Assembly (NCBI RefSeq): GCF_902713615.1
Contig: NC_052149.1
Coordinates: 125,615,256 to 125,679,255, forward strand
Direction of reading: 5' to 3'
DNA length: 64,000 bases
Origin: Scyliorhinus canicula
Lineage: Eukaryota
The notes under the pieces: generated by a model
Seen by the model: only the letters and a program-made list of their open reading frames with translations
Databases searched by the model: none
What the model was told of the DNA's origin: nothing
Translations under genes and position numbers: made by a program
Shown here: one piece after another, positions 46,375-58,590 of the stretch
How positions within the stretch are numbered: position 1 is the stretch's first letter
Layout: every line of letters begins with the position of its first letter

Positions 46375-48503
46375 TTTGAATCAAACCTGTTGGACTTTAA
46401 CCTGGTGTTGTAAGACTTCTTACTGTGCTCACCCCAGTCCAACGCCGGCATCTCCACATCATGGTTATAAAGATAGGGAGGGTTGTGGGGGCTGGAGGAG
46501 GTTACAAAGATAGGGAGGGTTGCAGGGGCTGGATGAGGTTACAAAGATAGGGAGGGCTGCAGGGGCTTGACAAGGTTACAAAGATAGGGAGGGTTGTGGT
46601 GGCTGGAGGAGGTTATAAAGATAGGGAGGGTTGTAGGGGCTGGAGGGTTACAGAGATAGGGAGGGTTGTTGGGGTGTGAGGCGCTTACAAAGATAGGGAG
46701 GGTTGCAGGGGCTGGAGGAGGTTATAAAGATAGGGAGGGTTGTCGGGGCTGGCGGAGGTTACAAAGATAGGGAGGGTTGCAGGGGCTGGAGGAGGTTACA
46801 AAGATAGGGAGGGCTGCAGGGGCTTGAGGAGGTTACAAATATAGGGAGGGTTGTGGTGGCTGGAGGAGGTTACAAATATAGGGAGGGTTGTGGTGGCTGG
46901 AGGAGGTTATAAAGATAGGGAGGGTTGTAGGGGTTGGAGGGTTACAGAGATAGGGAGGGTTGTAGGGGTGTGAGGCGCTTACAAAGATAGGGAGGGTTTC
47001 AGGGGCTGGAGGCGATTATAAAGATAGGGAGGGTTGTTGGGGCTGGAGGAGGTTACAAAGATAGGGAGGGTTGTGGGGGCTGGAGGCATTACAAAGACAG
47101 GGAGGGTTGTTGGGGCTGGAGGAGGTTATAAAGTTAGGGAGGGTTGTGGGGGCTGGAGGAGGTTACAAAGATAGGGAGGGCTGAGGGGAATGGAGGAGGT
47201 TATAAAGATAGGGAGGATTGTTGGGGCTGGAGGAGATTATAAAGATAGGGAGGATTGTGGGGGCTGGAGGAGGTTACGAAGATAGGGAGGATTGTTGGGG
47301 CTGGAGGAGGTTACAAAGATAGGGAGGGTTGTGGGGGCTGGAGGAGGTTACAAAGATAGGGAGGGTTGTGGTGGCTGGAGGAGGTTATAAAGATAGGGAG
47401 GGTTGTAGGGGCTGGAGGGTTACAGAGAAAGGGAGGGTTGTAGGGGTGTGAGGCGCTTACAAAGATAGGGAGGGTTGCAGGGGCTGGAGGAGATTATAAA
47501 GATAGGGAGGGTTGTCGGGGCTGGAGGAGGTTACAAAGATAGGGAGGGTTGTGGGGACTGGTGGCGTTTACAAAGATAGGGAGGATTGTGGGGGCTGGAG
47601 GACGTTATAAAGATAGGGAGGGTTGTGGGGGCTGGAGGAGGTTACAAAGATAGAGAGGGCTGAGGGGAATGGAGGAGGTTATAAAGATATGGAGGGTTGT
47701 GGGGGCTGGAGGAGGTTATAAAGATAGGGAGGGTTGTGGGGGCTGGAGGAGGTTACAAAGATAGGGAGGGTTGTTGGGGCTGGAGGAGGTTATAAAGATA
47801 GGGAGGGTTGTGGGGGATGGAGGAGGTTATAAAGAAAGGGAGGGTTGTGGTGGCTGGAGGAGGTTATAAAGATAGGGAGGGTTGTAGGGGCTGGAGGGTT
47901 ACAGAGATAGGGAGGGTTGTAGGGGTGTGAGGCGCTTACAAACATAGGGAGGGTTGAAGGGGCTGGAGGAGATTATAAAGATAGGGAGGGTTGTCGGGGC
48001 TGGAGGAGGTTACAAAGATAGGGAGGGTTGTGGGGGCTGGTGGCGTTTACAAAGATAGGGAGGATTGTGGTGGCTGGAGGACGTTATAAAGATAGGGAGG
48101 GTTGTTGGGGCTGGAGGAGGTTATAAAGATACGGAGGGTTGTAGGAACTTGAGGTTACAAAGATACGGAGGGTTGTTGGGGCTTGGGGATGTTACAAAGA
48201 TAGGGAGGGTTGTGGGGGCTGGAGGAGGTTACAAAGATAGGGAGGGTTGTGGGGGCTGGAGGAGGTTATAAAGATAGGGAGAGTTGTGGGGGCTGGAGGA
48301 GGTAACAAAGATAGGGAGGGTTGAGGGTGCTGGAGGAGGTTACAAAGATAGGGAGGGTTGCAGGTGCGTGAGGAGGTTATAAAGATAGGGAGGGTTTTGG
48401 GGGCTTGGGGAGGTTATAAAGATAGGGAGGATTGTGGGGGCTGGAGGAGGTTACAAAGATAGGGAGGGCTGAGGGGAATGGAGGAGGTTATAAAGAAATG
48501 CCT

Positions 48504-49181
48504 CACGGTAGCATGGTGGTTAGCATCAATGCTTCACAGCTCCAGGGTCCCAGGTTCGATTCCCGGCTGGGTCGCTGTCTGTGTGGAGTCTGCACGTCCT
48601 CCCCGTGTGTGCGTGGGTTTCCTCCGGGTGCTCCGGTTTCCTCCCACAGTCCAAAGATGTGCGGGTTAGGTGTATTGGCCATGCTAAATTGCCCGTAGTG
48701 TAAGGTTAATGGGGGGATTGTTGGGTTACGGGTATACGGGTTACGTGGGTTTAAGTAGGGTGATCATTGCTCGGCACACCATCGAGGGCCGAAGGGCCTG
48801 TTCTGTGCTGTACTGTTCTATGTATCTAAAGGGAGGGTTACATACAACAGTACATCACAGAACAGGCCCTTCGGCCCTCGATGTTGTGCCGAGCAATGAT
48901 CAACCTACTCAAACCCACGTATCCACCCAATACCCTTAACCCAACAACCCCCCCCCCCCCTTACCTTACTTTTTAGTACACTACGGGCAATTTAGCATGG
49001 CCAATCCACCTAACCCGCACATCTTTGGACTGTGGGAGGAAACCGGAGCACCCGGAGGAAACCCACGCACACACGGGGAGGACGTGCAGACTCCGCACAG
49101 ACAGTGACCCAGCCGGGAATTGAACCTGGGACCCTGGAGCTGTGAAGCATTTATGCTAACCACCATGCTACCGTGCTGCCC
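48504..49181. mobile_element. Tail-to-tail inverted pair of same-family SINEs (48504-48827 +, 48841-49181 -)
   Basis: The two copies are near reverse complements, separated by ~13 nt of satellite sequence. Confidence 0.9.
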
Positions 49182-50769
49182 TAAGGAGGTTACAAAGATA
49201 GGGAAGGTTCTGGGGGCTGGAGTAGGTTATAAAGATACGGAGGGTTGTGGGGGCTGGAGGAGGTTACAAAGATAGGGAGGGCTGAGGGGAATGGAGGACG
49301 TTATAAAGATATGGAGGGTTGTGGGGGCTGGAGGAGGTTATAAAGATAGGGAGGGCTGCAGGGGCTTGAGGAGGTTACAAAGATAGGGAGGGTTGTGGGG
49401 GCTGGAGGTGGTTATAAAGATAGGGAGGGTTGTTGGGGCTGGAGGAGGTTATAAAGATAGGGAGGGGTGTTGGGGCTGGAGGAGGTTATAAAGATAGGGA
49501 GGATTGTGGGGGCTGGAGGAGGTTACAAAGATAGGGAGGGCTGAGGGGAATGGAGGAGGTTATAAAGATATGGAGGGTTGTGGGGGCTGGAGGAGGTTAT
49601 AAAGATAGGGAGGATTGTGGGGGCTGGAGGAGGTTATAAAGATGGGGAGGGTTGCAGGGGCTGGAGGTGGTTACAAAGATAAAGAGGGTTGTTGTGGGAG
49701 GTTACAAAGATAAGGAGGGTTGCAGGGCCTGGAGGAGGTTACAGAGAGATAGGGATGCCCACCACCCTTCAGCCCACGGTCTAATGATGCGTTTTGTCTA
49801 TTGTCTCGCAGGGCCTGCTGGAGGTGGGGCGCATCCGTCCCCAGCCAGTGCCACAGCCGGAGCCCCGTGAACCGAGCAGCGATGGGAATAATTCGGACAC
49901 CAGCCCTCTGCCCGAGACTCAGGAGATCCCAGAGCTCGGGTCTGAGGATGACACTGACTTTCTGTCACAGCTGTCTCCAACACCCTCCATTATCCCAGAG
50001 ACACTCAGCTCGGTTGGGCATGTTAGTGGAGAGGCTCCTGGGGCACACCACACAGTTGACCCAGTACAGCAGCGGAGGTAGTACCACCAGAGTGGGTGGA
50101 CAGTCGGAGGGCAGGTCCATCCCAGGGACTAGCTGCCGTCCAGATGGGTCTCAGGTTTCTGGCACAGACAGTCCCATCCACAGTGCAGATGCAGTCAGAG
50201 AGCCAGGCAGTACATGAGGTGTTGCCGGTCAGCATCCTGCCCCTGCAGGTTTGGGATGCGGTTTCCGTGCCATTGGCCAGTCCCGCCCCCACTACTCCCC
50301 CTCCGAGTCGGTGAACCCGGAGTCGATTAGGGCGACCGTGCACATTGGCCCAAGTACACAAGTCGTGCGGCCTCCCGTGCCTGCCTGGGCTCCATATCCT
50401 GGCCAGCCTCACTTTCCCTGCTCCCCCCTTGTCGGACGAGGCCTTGCCTTCATCCTCCTCCTCCAGCACGTCACCCCTCTGTTGCACGATATTGTGGAGG
50501 AGCAGCAGGCCGCCAAGATGCTGCCAATTCTCTGAACATCATATTAGAGGGACCCTCCATAGTGGTCCAGGCATCTTCAGGGGGATGAAGCACAGCTCGA
50601 TCATGGACCTGGTCTGGGCGTCGGTGTAGCCGGTCTCTGCATCGGTCTGTGCCCTCCGGATACGTGTTATCAGCCACGGCCACAGTGGACAACCTCTGTC
50701 ACCCAGGAGCCAACCTCCCAGCCGGGGGGGGGAACATGTCAGGGACCGTCGAGTGTGCCAGGATGAAAG

Positions 50770-51005
50770 TGTTGTGTACACTGCCCGGGTATTGGGCACA
50801 GTTGTGTCTGATGAAGACGTTGTGCACACTGCCCGGGTATTGGGCACAGTTGTGTATGATGAAGACGTTGTGCACACTGCCCGTGTATTGGGCACAGTTG
50901 TGTCTGATGAAGACGTTGTGCACACTGCCCGTGTATTGGGCACAGTTGTGTCTGATGAAGACGTTGTGCACACTGCCCGTGTATTGGGCACAGTTGTGTC
51001 TGATG
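50770..51005. repeat. 48-bp (16-codon) tandem repeat, ~5 copies, within the Harbinger nuclease
   Basis: Minus strand reads (HNCAQYPGSVHNVFIR)n. Confidence 0.9.
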
Positions 51006-51786
51006 CACAGCTGATGGTTACACAGCAGCTACACGTTCATCGAGTGGAACCCCTCTCAGTTTGTGTAGAGCGGCCTGTCATCTGCAGGTTCTCATAGGGT
51101 GACATGCATCCCGTCGATCACCCCCTGTACCTGGGCATGTCAGTGATGGCGGTGAACCCAGCTACCTGGACATCCTAGTGGGCTGGGTCCACATTGAAAT
51201 GAATGTATTGAGTCACCTGGACATATAGGGCCTCCGTGATGTCAAGGATGCTTCTGTGCACCAAAGTCTGTGAGATCCCGGACTGGTCCCTCTCAGTGCC
51301 TGGGAGGATCTCATGGCGTAAATGTTCAGGACGACCATCACCTTGATGGCCACCGGGAGTGGGTGCCCTCCCCCATAGCCCTGTGGTGCCAGGTGTGCCA
51401 TCACCTGCCAGATATGTCGCACTGTGTCCCTGTTCAGCCGGAGCTTCAATGACATGCCCGGTCCGGCAGGTCCTCGAATGACAGGTGCAGCCAGCACACG
51501 AGGCCTCATGCGGCACCTCCTTGGCATTTCTTCCTCCTCGGCCTGTTGGGCAGCAGGCACAACAACCTGGGCAGCTGCCACCTGTCTCTCTGTTGCTCGC
51601 ACTGCTGCTGCCCGCACCGCTGCTGCAGCTTCCTCATCTTCCTCGAGCAGTACCCGCTCGTACAGCCACAGGGCATCCTCCAGGTCTGCAGCGACCAGCA
51701 GGGAAGGCAACCATTGCTGGTTGTATTCCAATATCCATTGTCTGCAGGGGTTCAAAGGCCAACATGTTAGCGTGGTGCTTACCCCC

Positions 51787-52164
51787 TGTGATGTTCTTTG
51801 TATTGCTAATTTTAGGATGGTTGACGTAGTGTTTATTAAGATAGTAAATAGCTTTTAAATTGAACAAAGCCGTAGCTTTACTGACACTATTTAATTGGAT
51901 TCGACGCTTACTCCGATATAATACACAGGACAATAAACAAATAATCTACACTCATCGACAACTAATTTCTACACTATTACATTAACTATGATCTGCTCTC
52001 ACTCACACTATCTTTCCTTCAGTCTGGACTCTAGCTTTCTCCTCAACCTCTCACCCACAAGGCTGAGCATTGATGCCTTATATAGTTGTACATCTTGTTC
52101 CCTCTAGTGGTTGATTTAGACATTACATTAACCCCGTGTTCTTTACATTCATGATAATGTCACA
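51787..52164. mobile_element. Solo LTR (378 bp)
   Basis: TG...CA ends; C-run duplication CCCCC at 51782-51786 and 52165-52169. Confidence 0.7.
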
Positions 52165-53458
52165 CCCCCGTGCCCAACCAGGTCCAATAGGCCCAGACTG
52201 CGGGATTCACCTCCGCATCTCACCCTCCATTCCTTCACCCCTCGCCTCATCGGTGCCTAGCACCATTGGGGCCTCTGGCCCTGATGCTCGTCCCTGATGC
52301 CAAGGGTACCGTTGGCTGGCACTACCCCTGCCAGTGGCTGGTGTGGGTGTTGCCCTGGGTGGGCTGCTGGTGGATGGTCACCAGGTTGGGGGTGTGCGGG
52401 TTGGGGCAGGGGAGGGGTGGTGTGGTGAGTGGGTGGGATACAAATGTGTGGGGGTGGGGCACCCACATGACCAGTGTCACTGTGCAGAATGGGGGCCAAG
52501 GTGGTTGGTCAGTGGGTGCACAGGAAGATGGGCGTGTAATGGCGGTCTGTGCCTGGACACCTCCACCCCCTGTCCCATGGGGGGTCTCCCCGGGACTCGG
52601 CCTGTTCCCCCCCATTCCCCCCTTCCTGGCCCTGTCAGCGCACCCCCCCCCCCACACCCCGGCCAGCATGGTCAGTGTCCGGCCCTGCAGCCTGCAGTTG
52701 TTCCTCTCCGTGTCCTCCCTCCTCTCTCTCTCCCTCAGCAGCCATGATTTTTGAAAGCACCTGGCCGTAGTGAACCCGGCTCGTCGGAGGGAGAAAATGG
52801 CGGAGGCCCCGGAGAATACCGGGTCAGGCCCGCTAATGAGATGCAACCTGTGTCTACTGTACATGCGGAGTGAAACGCATTGACTCCGTTTTCGAGGTGA
52901 TGGCGAATTGTGATGTGGTGTCAAATCGGCCCCTGACGCGATTTTGCCGTTGGACGCTATTCTCCGCCTCATCGCAATTCCTGATTTTGGGGTCGGCTAA
53001 CGGAGAATCCCGTCCTTGGTTTCAGAGACAAGGTGAATACGTGTTCTTAAACTCATTGCGGGGTCAGTAATGACACCACGGTTTCCAACAGTGTGGTTGA
53101 CATTGATGCCAGGGAGAGGGAGAGAGTCAGTGCCGAGGGTATGGAGTTAGTGACAGGAACTGAAGGCATTGACTTCAATCTCCTCAATATTCAGTTGAAA
53201 AATATTCATAGGAACATCGAACATAGAACATACAGTGCAGAAGGAGGCCATTCGGCCCATCGAGTCTGCACCGACCCACTTAAGCCCTCACCTCCATCCT
53301 ATCCCCATAACCTAATAACCCCTCCGAACCTTTTTTGTCACTATGGGCAATTTAGCCTGGCCAATCCACCTAACCTGCACATCTTTAGACTGTGGGAGGA
53401 AACCGGAGCATCTGGAGGAAACCCACACAGACACGGGGAGAAGGTGCCGACTCCACAC

Positions 53459-54321
53459 TGTTGCTCGTTATGCTTTCTTTAATTTGCTCTGTTTTAATTA
53501 CCTTTGCTCAAGAGTCGCCAGGTGTCTTTCTGATACCATCACAGGGTTCAAAGCCGAATACTGATCAATGACTCGATACACCAGTTAGTAAGTTTGAAAT
53601 AAATGCACATTTATTTACACACAGTCAATTATTACTCATGCATAAACTCTACTCGCTAAACTACAACTATTACTAAAAGCCTATACTTAGCTTCGAGTGG
53701 CCCACTCAGTCAGAGGAACAATGGCCGTTGTCCGGTTCTGACACTGCTGGCTTCGAACTGGTATAGAATAGTAGCGAGGAGCGTCTATCTCGTAGCGTGC
53801 GTTGACCTTAGACTTACTTGGCTGGTGCTTGGCGGGCCTCTCGCCGCTGAGAGCCAAATGCCAAGGTGAAGATGGAGAAAGTAAGAGTTCTCAAGAGCGA
53901 ATTGAGCGTGGGGACTCTGTTTTATACCCCAAGGGGATTTCGCGCCCTTCGGGGCGGACCCTGGACTTGGTCCTAATTAATTGGACCATGTCCCAATCGT
54001 TTGTATCGATTCTCTCCAATAACGGGGTCGTCCCCTGATCGTTGGGCTGGCTCTAGGTAACCGTTGGCCTGCCTTTGTTTTAGCTTCCACTAGCGCCGGG
54101 GAGTCTGCCCTGGTACCGATTGTTTCAGTGTTTCTTTTTGTCCCCGGAGATAGCTCATTACTATGCTAATAGCTTGTAGTTTCAGTTCTGTCTGGGTTCT
54201 GCAAGTTCCAATCCACAGGAAACTTTGCATCTGCTTGTTTTTCTAGTGCTGTCCATTTTTCCCTGCACTCTTTGCGAGTATCCATTTAGGAATCGGGATG
54301 TGGCCACCCCAGGTGGCTACA
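53459..54321. mobile_element. Solo LTR (863 bp) inserted in a minus-strand SINE (~53210-54405)
   Basis: TG...CA ends; 4-bp TSD ACAC at 53455-53458 and 54322-54325; removing it restores the SINE sequence GACTCCACACAGACAGTGACC. Confidence 0.85.
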
Positions 54322-54849
54322 ACACAGACAGTGACCTAGCAGGGAATCAAACCTGGGACCCTGGTGCTGTGAAGCAACAGTGCTATCCACTATGCTACTG
54401 TGCTGCCCTAATCCCACACTGGGCGGTCGATACAAAGTCTGAGCACAGAGTCCGTTCAATCCCATGGAGACAGAGTCAGGAAGACGGTCATGGGAAATCA
54501 GACTATGCACATTGTGCCCACTTCCTGATGTATCCCTGAATCCAGAAGGTTTCCCACAGATGGGCTTTCTGTGACAGTGGCTGCCGCTCATTCCCGGCAG
54601 GTAGTCGATCAAGGTATTTAAATGGACAATTATTCCTTAAGCAGCAATACAATGGGAGGAGCCGGGGCCTCACTCCGTGTCAGGATATCCAGAGTTTGGC
54701 AGGATATCGAGACAGCCACAAAGTGAGAAGTCAGGGCGATATGGGAGGTAGTTGTCCCTGGTGCTATCACAGAGCTGTAAGGCTCAAACTGGCCACTGTT
54801 ACCAAAAGCATTCCTGTAGCGATGTCCCCTCCCCTGCACAGTGATGGAC

Positions 54850-55175
54850 AGTAAAGTGACACAGCAGTTAGCACTGCCCCTCACAGCCTCAGGGACCCGG
54901 GTTCAATTCCAGCCGGGGGTGATTGTCTGTGTGGAGCTTCCACATTCTCTCTGTGTCTCCACAGATTTCCTCCGGTTGCTCAGATTTCCTTCCATATTCC
55001 AAAGATATGCAGTCAGGTGGATTGGCCATGCTGAATTGCCTTGGTGTGCAAAGGTTAGTTGGGGTTACGGGAATGGGGCAGGGGAGTGGGACTGGGTAGG
55101 GTGCTCTTTCAGAGGGGCAGTGCAGACTCGATGGGCCCAATGGCCTCCTTCTGCAATGTAGGTATTCCATGATTC
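54850..55175 (+). mobile_element. tRNA-derived SINE with HE1-like tail
   Basis: Head GGTTCAATTCC; tail gatgggcccaatggcctccttctgc. Confidence 0.75.
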
Positions 55176-55179
55176 TTTG

Positions 55180-55925
55180 ATGGCCCCAACATTTCTCACC
55201 CTTCAGTTTTATTGAACCCCGACACCTCCGCTATCCCGTGGGTGCTGAAAGATTGCCGTAGCCTGGCTTGAGCTGTTGTACTTTGCATCTTATACACCCC
55301 CATCCACTTTGAGTGGGTATCTAGGGCAATGAAGGGCATCGTTCCCGGGAATGGTCCCACACAATCTATGTGGAGGTGGGACCAAGGGTGGCCTGGCCAT
55401 TCCCATGGGTGGAGCGGCGACGCCAGCGGCAGCTTCTGGTGCTCCTGGCACTGAGTACAATACTGGGCCACCTTCTCGATATCCGTGCCAATGCCTGCCC
55501 ACCATACTTGGCTGCGGGCTAACCTCTTCATCTTTGACACCCCTGGGTGTCCATTGTGGACATCCTGCAGGAGTGGTGCGTGCCCGCGCTCGGGAACCAC
55601 CATGTGTGTTCCTCACAGAATGACACTGTCCTCGATGCTTAACTCGGGTATTTTGTTCACGAACGCCTTCAAGTCCCCCAGCAAGGTGCGGTGTTGGGCC
55701 CCATACTGGATTATGTACCTGGGATAACTGCGGATCTGCCTGAGTCCAGCCCCAGATGCAGGAAGCTATAACCGGCAAGGAATCCATGAAATGGAGGGCG
55801 GCTATCACCTCTTCAGCCACTGCTGGTGCAGGCTGCCTGGTGGGGAGAGGGAGGCAGCTCAACACATCGGCGTGTGGGATTGTGGATCCGGAGCGGTGTC
55901 CCAACACGTACGCGGATGCTGCTAA
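55180..55925 (-). mobile_element. Gypsy pol fragment (end of RNase H through integrase N-terminus)
   Basis: ADVLSCLPL; LQDVHNGHPGVSKMKRLARSQVWWAGI...CTQCQ...LHPWEWPGHPWSHLHID. Confidence 0.85.
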
Positions 55926-55964
55926 TAGTATCGCCCACCACTAGATCCTATTGTCCTGTAAAGT

Positions 55965-57750
55965 TACGACCCTCCGAGCTCTGGCTACAGCAACACTCCC
56001 ATCCCCTCAACAAGATACACAACAAGCTCAGAGGTAGCAGCCACACTGAGAACGTGGATCCAGCTGAGACAACACTTTGGGTTAACTAAAATGTCCCCCA
56101 TTTCTCCCATATGCGGCAATCACACATTCCCCCAGCCATGCTGGATACCACCTTCACAAGATAGATAGATAGAACAGTACAGCACAGAACAGGCCCTTCG
56201 TCCCTCGATGTTGTGCCGAGCCATGATCACCCTACTCAAACCCACGTATCCACCCTATACCCGTAACCCAACAACCCCCCCCTTAACCTTACTTTAATTA
56301 GGACACTACGGGCAATTTAGCATGGCCAATCCACCTAACCCGCACATCTTTGGACTGTGGGAGGAAACCGGAGCACCCGGAGGAAACCCACGCACACACG
56401 GGGAGGACGTGCAGACTCCACACAGACAGTGACCCAGCCGGGAATCGAACCTGGGACCCTGGAGCTGTGAAGCATTTATGCTAACCACCATGCTACCTTG
56501 CTGCCCCTTAGGGGTCGGGACGGGGGCACACTGATGTTCGGGGATTTTTCCGGAGGGCACAGACTGGCGACACTGGATGAACTGACGAGGAAGTGGAAAC
56601 TAGCAAAAGGTCAGGAAATGAGACACCTCTAAATAAGGCACTTCCTACGCAAGGAGATAGTGGGGTACCCCGGGAACCCAAAAACCACCTTATTAGAGCA
56701 CCTGATAGGCACAAGCGGCGAGAAGGGGGGGGGGGGGGGGCTATGTGGGATAATATACAGACAGCTACTGGACAGAGCCCGAACACCACTGGACGGGACC
56801 AGACAAAAATGGGAGGATGAACTGGGGACAGAGGTAGGGTGGGGGCTCTGGAGCGAAGCACTGAGCAGGGTGAACTCCACCTCCTCCTGCGCAAGGCTCA
56901 GCCTAATGCAGCTCAAAGTGGTGCACAGAACGCACCTGACCAGAACCCGAATGAGCAGGTTCTTCCCGGAGGTGGAGGGCAAATGTGAACGGTGCCAGAG
57001 GGGCCCGGCCAACCACACCCACATGTTTTGGGCTTGCCCCAAGCTTGCTGGGTTCTGGACAGCCTTCCCCGAGGCAATGTCCAAGGTTGTGGGGGTGAGG
57101 GTGCCCAATAGTGGAAATCTTCGGGGTATCGGTGCAGCCAGAGTTACACATGGGGAAGGAGGCTAACGGCCTTGCTTTCACTTCCCTAATCGCACGCCGG
57201 AGAATCCTGCTCAGCTGGCGATCGGCAGCACCACCCAAAGCTGCAGACTGGCTCGCTGACCTCTCGGAATTTCTCCACCTGGAGATGGTTCAATACGCCA
57301 CCCGAGGGTCGGAGGAAGGCTTCCTGGATACTTGGGGGCAGTTTGTCGGCCTGTTCCAAAACCTGTTCGAGGCCGGCCACAAGGGGTAAGTTAAGAATAA
57401 AAAAGCAAGATAGGTGAGGAACCAACAGACTGCGGAACCCAGGTGGTGGGAGGGGGGAGGGGTGTGGGTGGGGGGGGGGGGGGGAGACGGAAGGAAGGTG
57501 GGAAAACAAGATAAGAAGAGAAGAGGATGAAGGGGGGTAATCCCCCGCCCTGAAAATAAAAGCAGGCATAGCTGAAGCCAATGGGGGCGGGGGAGGGGTA
57601 GGGACAGGGGGAGTACGCAGGGGAGGGTGGGGGGGGGGGGGGGGCGTAAGGGGAGGGGCGCTGGAGGGGAGAGGGACCATAGACCGACCCAGAGCGTGGA
57701 GAATTGTATATTGGACCAATTAAAAGAAAGACAAAATAAACTTCTCTGTA
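55965..57750 (+). mobile_element. 5'-truncated L1-clade LINE (ORF2 C-terminal part plus 3' UTR) with a SINE inserted at ~56160-56487
   Basis: VAATLRTWIQLRQHFGLTKM; KWEDELGTEVGWGLWSEAL...CERCQRGPANHTHMFWAC; homologous to L1-A. Confidence 0.85.
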
Positions 57751-58590
57751 CAATAAAGTCGACGCGGAACCTAATCTCCACCCAATCACGTTTCGCGATT
57801 TTGCCGTAAGCCAACAGTGAATCCCGCCCTGGGACCTAGAGCCCCCTGACTGCCAGAAACAGGTAGAGGAGGTGACAAAGTGAGTCAAAGAGTTTGAAAC
57901 CTCACAGCGGAAACCCCACGCAGCCCAAACGGTTACACAAGCCCCCAAAGGAGACCAATGCTGACAGGGCCGCATCCGGCCCGGGTACCACGTACCAATC
58001 AAATATGACTAATGGAGGAGACCGTGGGTGAACGTTGAGGTGGAGGAACAAATTGGGGATTATTTAGCTGATACGGGGGCGTCCCATACAGGAGTGTATT
58101 GCTGAACACCTCACTCATCTCCATGGCCTAGTGGGACCCTGTTTGAATTCGAGGAATTTACAGGTGGCCTGGTGTCTGGGACACTATCTAAACCATTGGG
58201 AACAAAATGGACGTGTATGTTGATGAGGTGGCGCTAACATGAGAAGGTGGTGCTAGGAACTGATTGGCTGACAGTACATTGCGTTGCCATGGACATGGCT
58301 AATGATTGTTCAGGGGAGGAGTTGAACGAGAGGAAGGAGATGTTAACATCCCAGCCCAAAGGCCCCAGGCCTGTTCCCTCTGTAAGATTATATGTTTCTA
58401 AGTCCCTATGGGGACAGGTACCTCTGCAGTATCAGCAGGTATTGAGGGAACAGTCGTATGTGTTCACCACCCATAAACATGAGTGTGGGAATATGGGGAA
58501 CACAGAGGTACAGGTTGATGGTGATCCCGTGTCTCAGCCACAGCGACATTATACATTTCCAAAAGAAGGAACCAAAAAAGTTGGTTCCAT

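Larger units (their letters stand above)
44950..46464 (-). mobile_element. Penelope-like element 3' fragment (GIY-YIG endonuclease, 45159-45790) with inverted copies of its 3' end
   Basis: CQGNLCKTCQII...NVVYLIRYRKGCPEALYIGETMQTLRQRMNGHR...EQKLIAKFRTHECGLNRD; inverted 3'-end copies at 45789-45892 and 46214-46464. Confidence 0.9.
44765..49745. repeat. ~37-bp G-rich satellite (GATAGGGAGGGTTGTGGGGGCTGGAGGAGGTTACAAA)n, ~5 kb including inserted PLE and SINEs
   Basis: Directly visible, strand-asymmetric tandem array. Confidence 0.96.
49750..53015. mobile_element. Harbinger-family element C: Myb-like C-terminal remnant (+, ~49795-50220) and nuclease pseudogene (-, ~51740-50330)
   Basis: TIR-like right end CGGAGAATCCCGTCC at 53001-53015; HPLPVAIKVMVVLNIY; LGDRGCPLWPWLITRIRRAQTDAETGY; HNIVQQRGDVLEEEDE. 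Confidence 0.8.
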
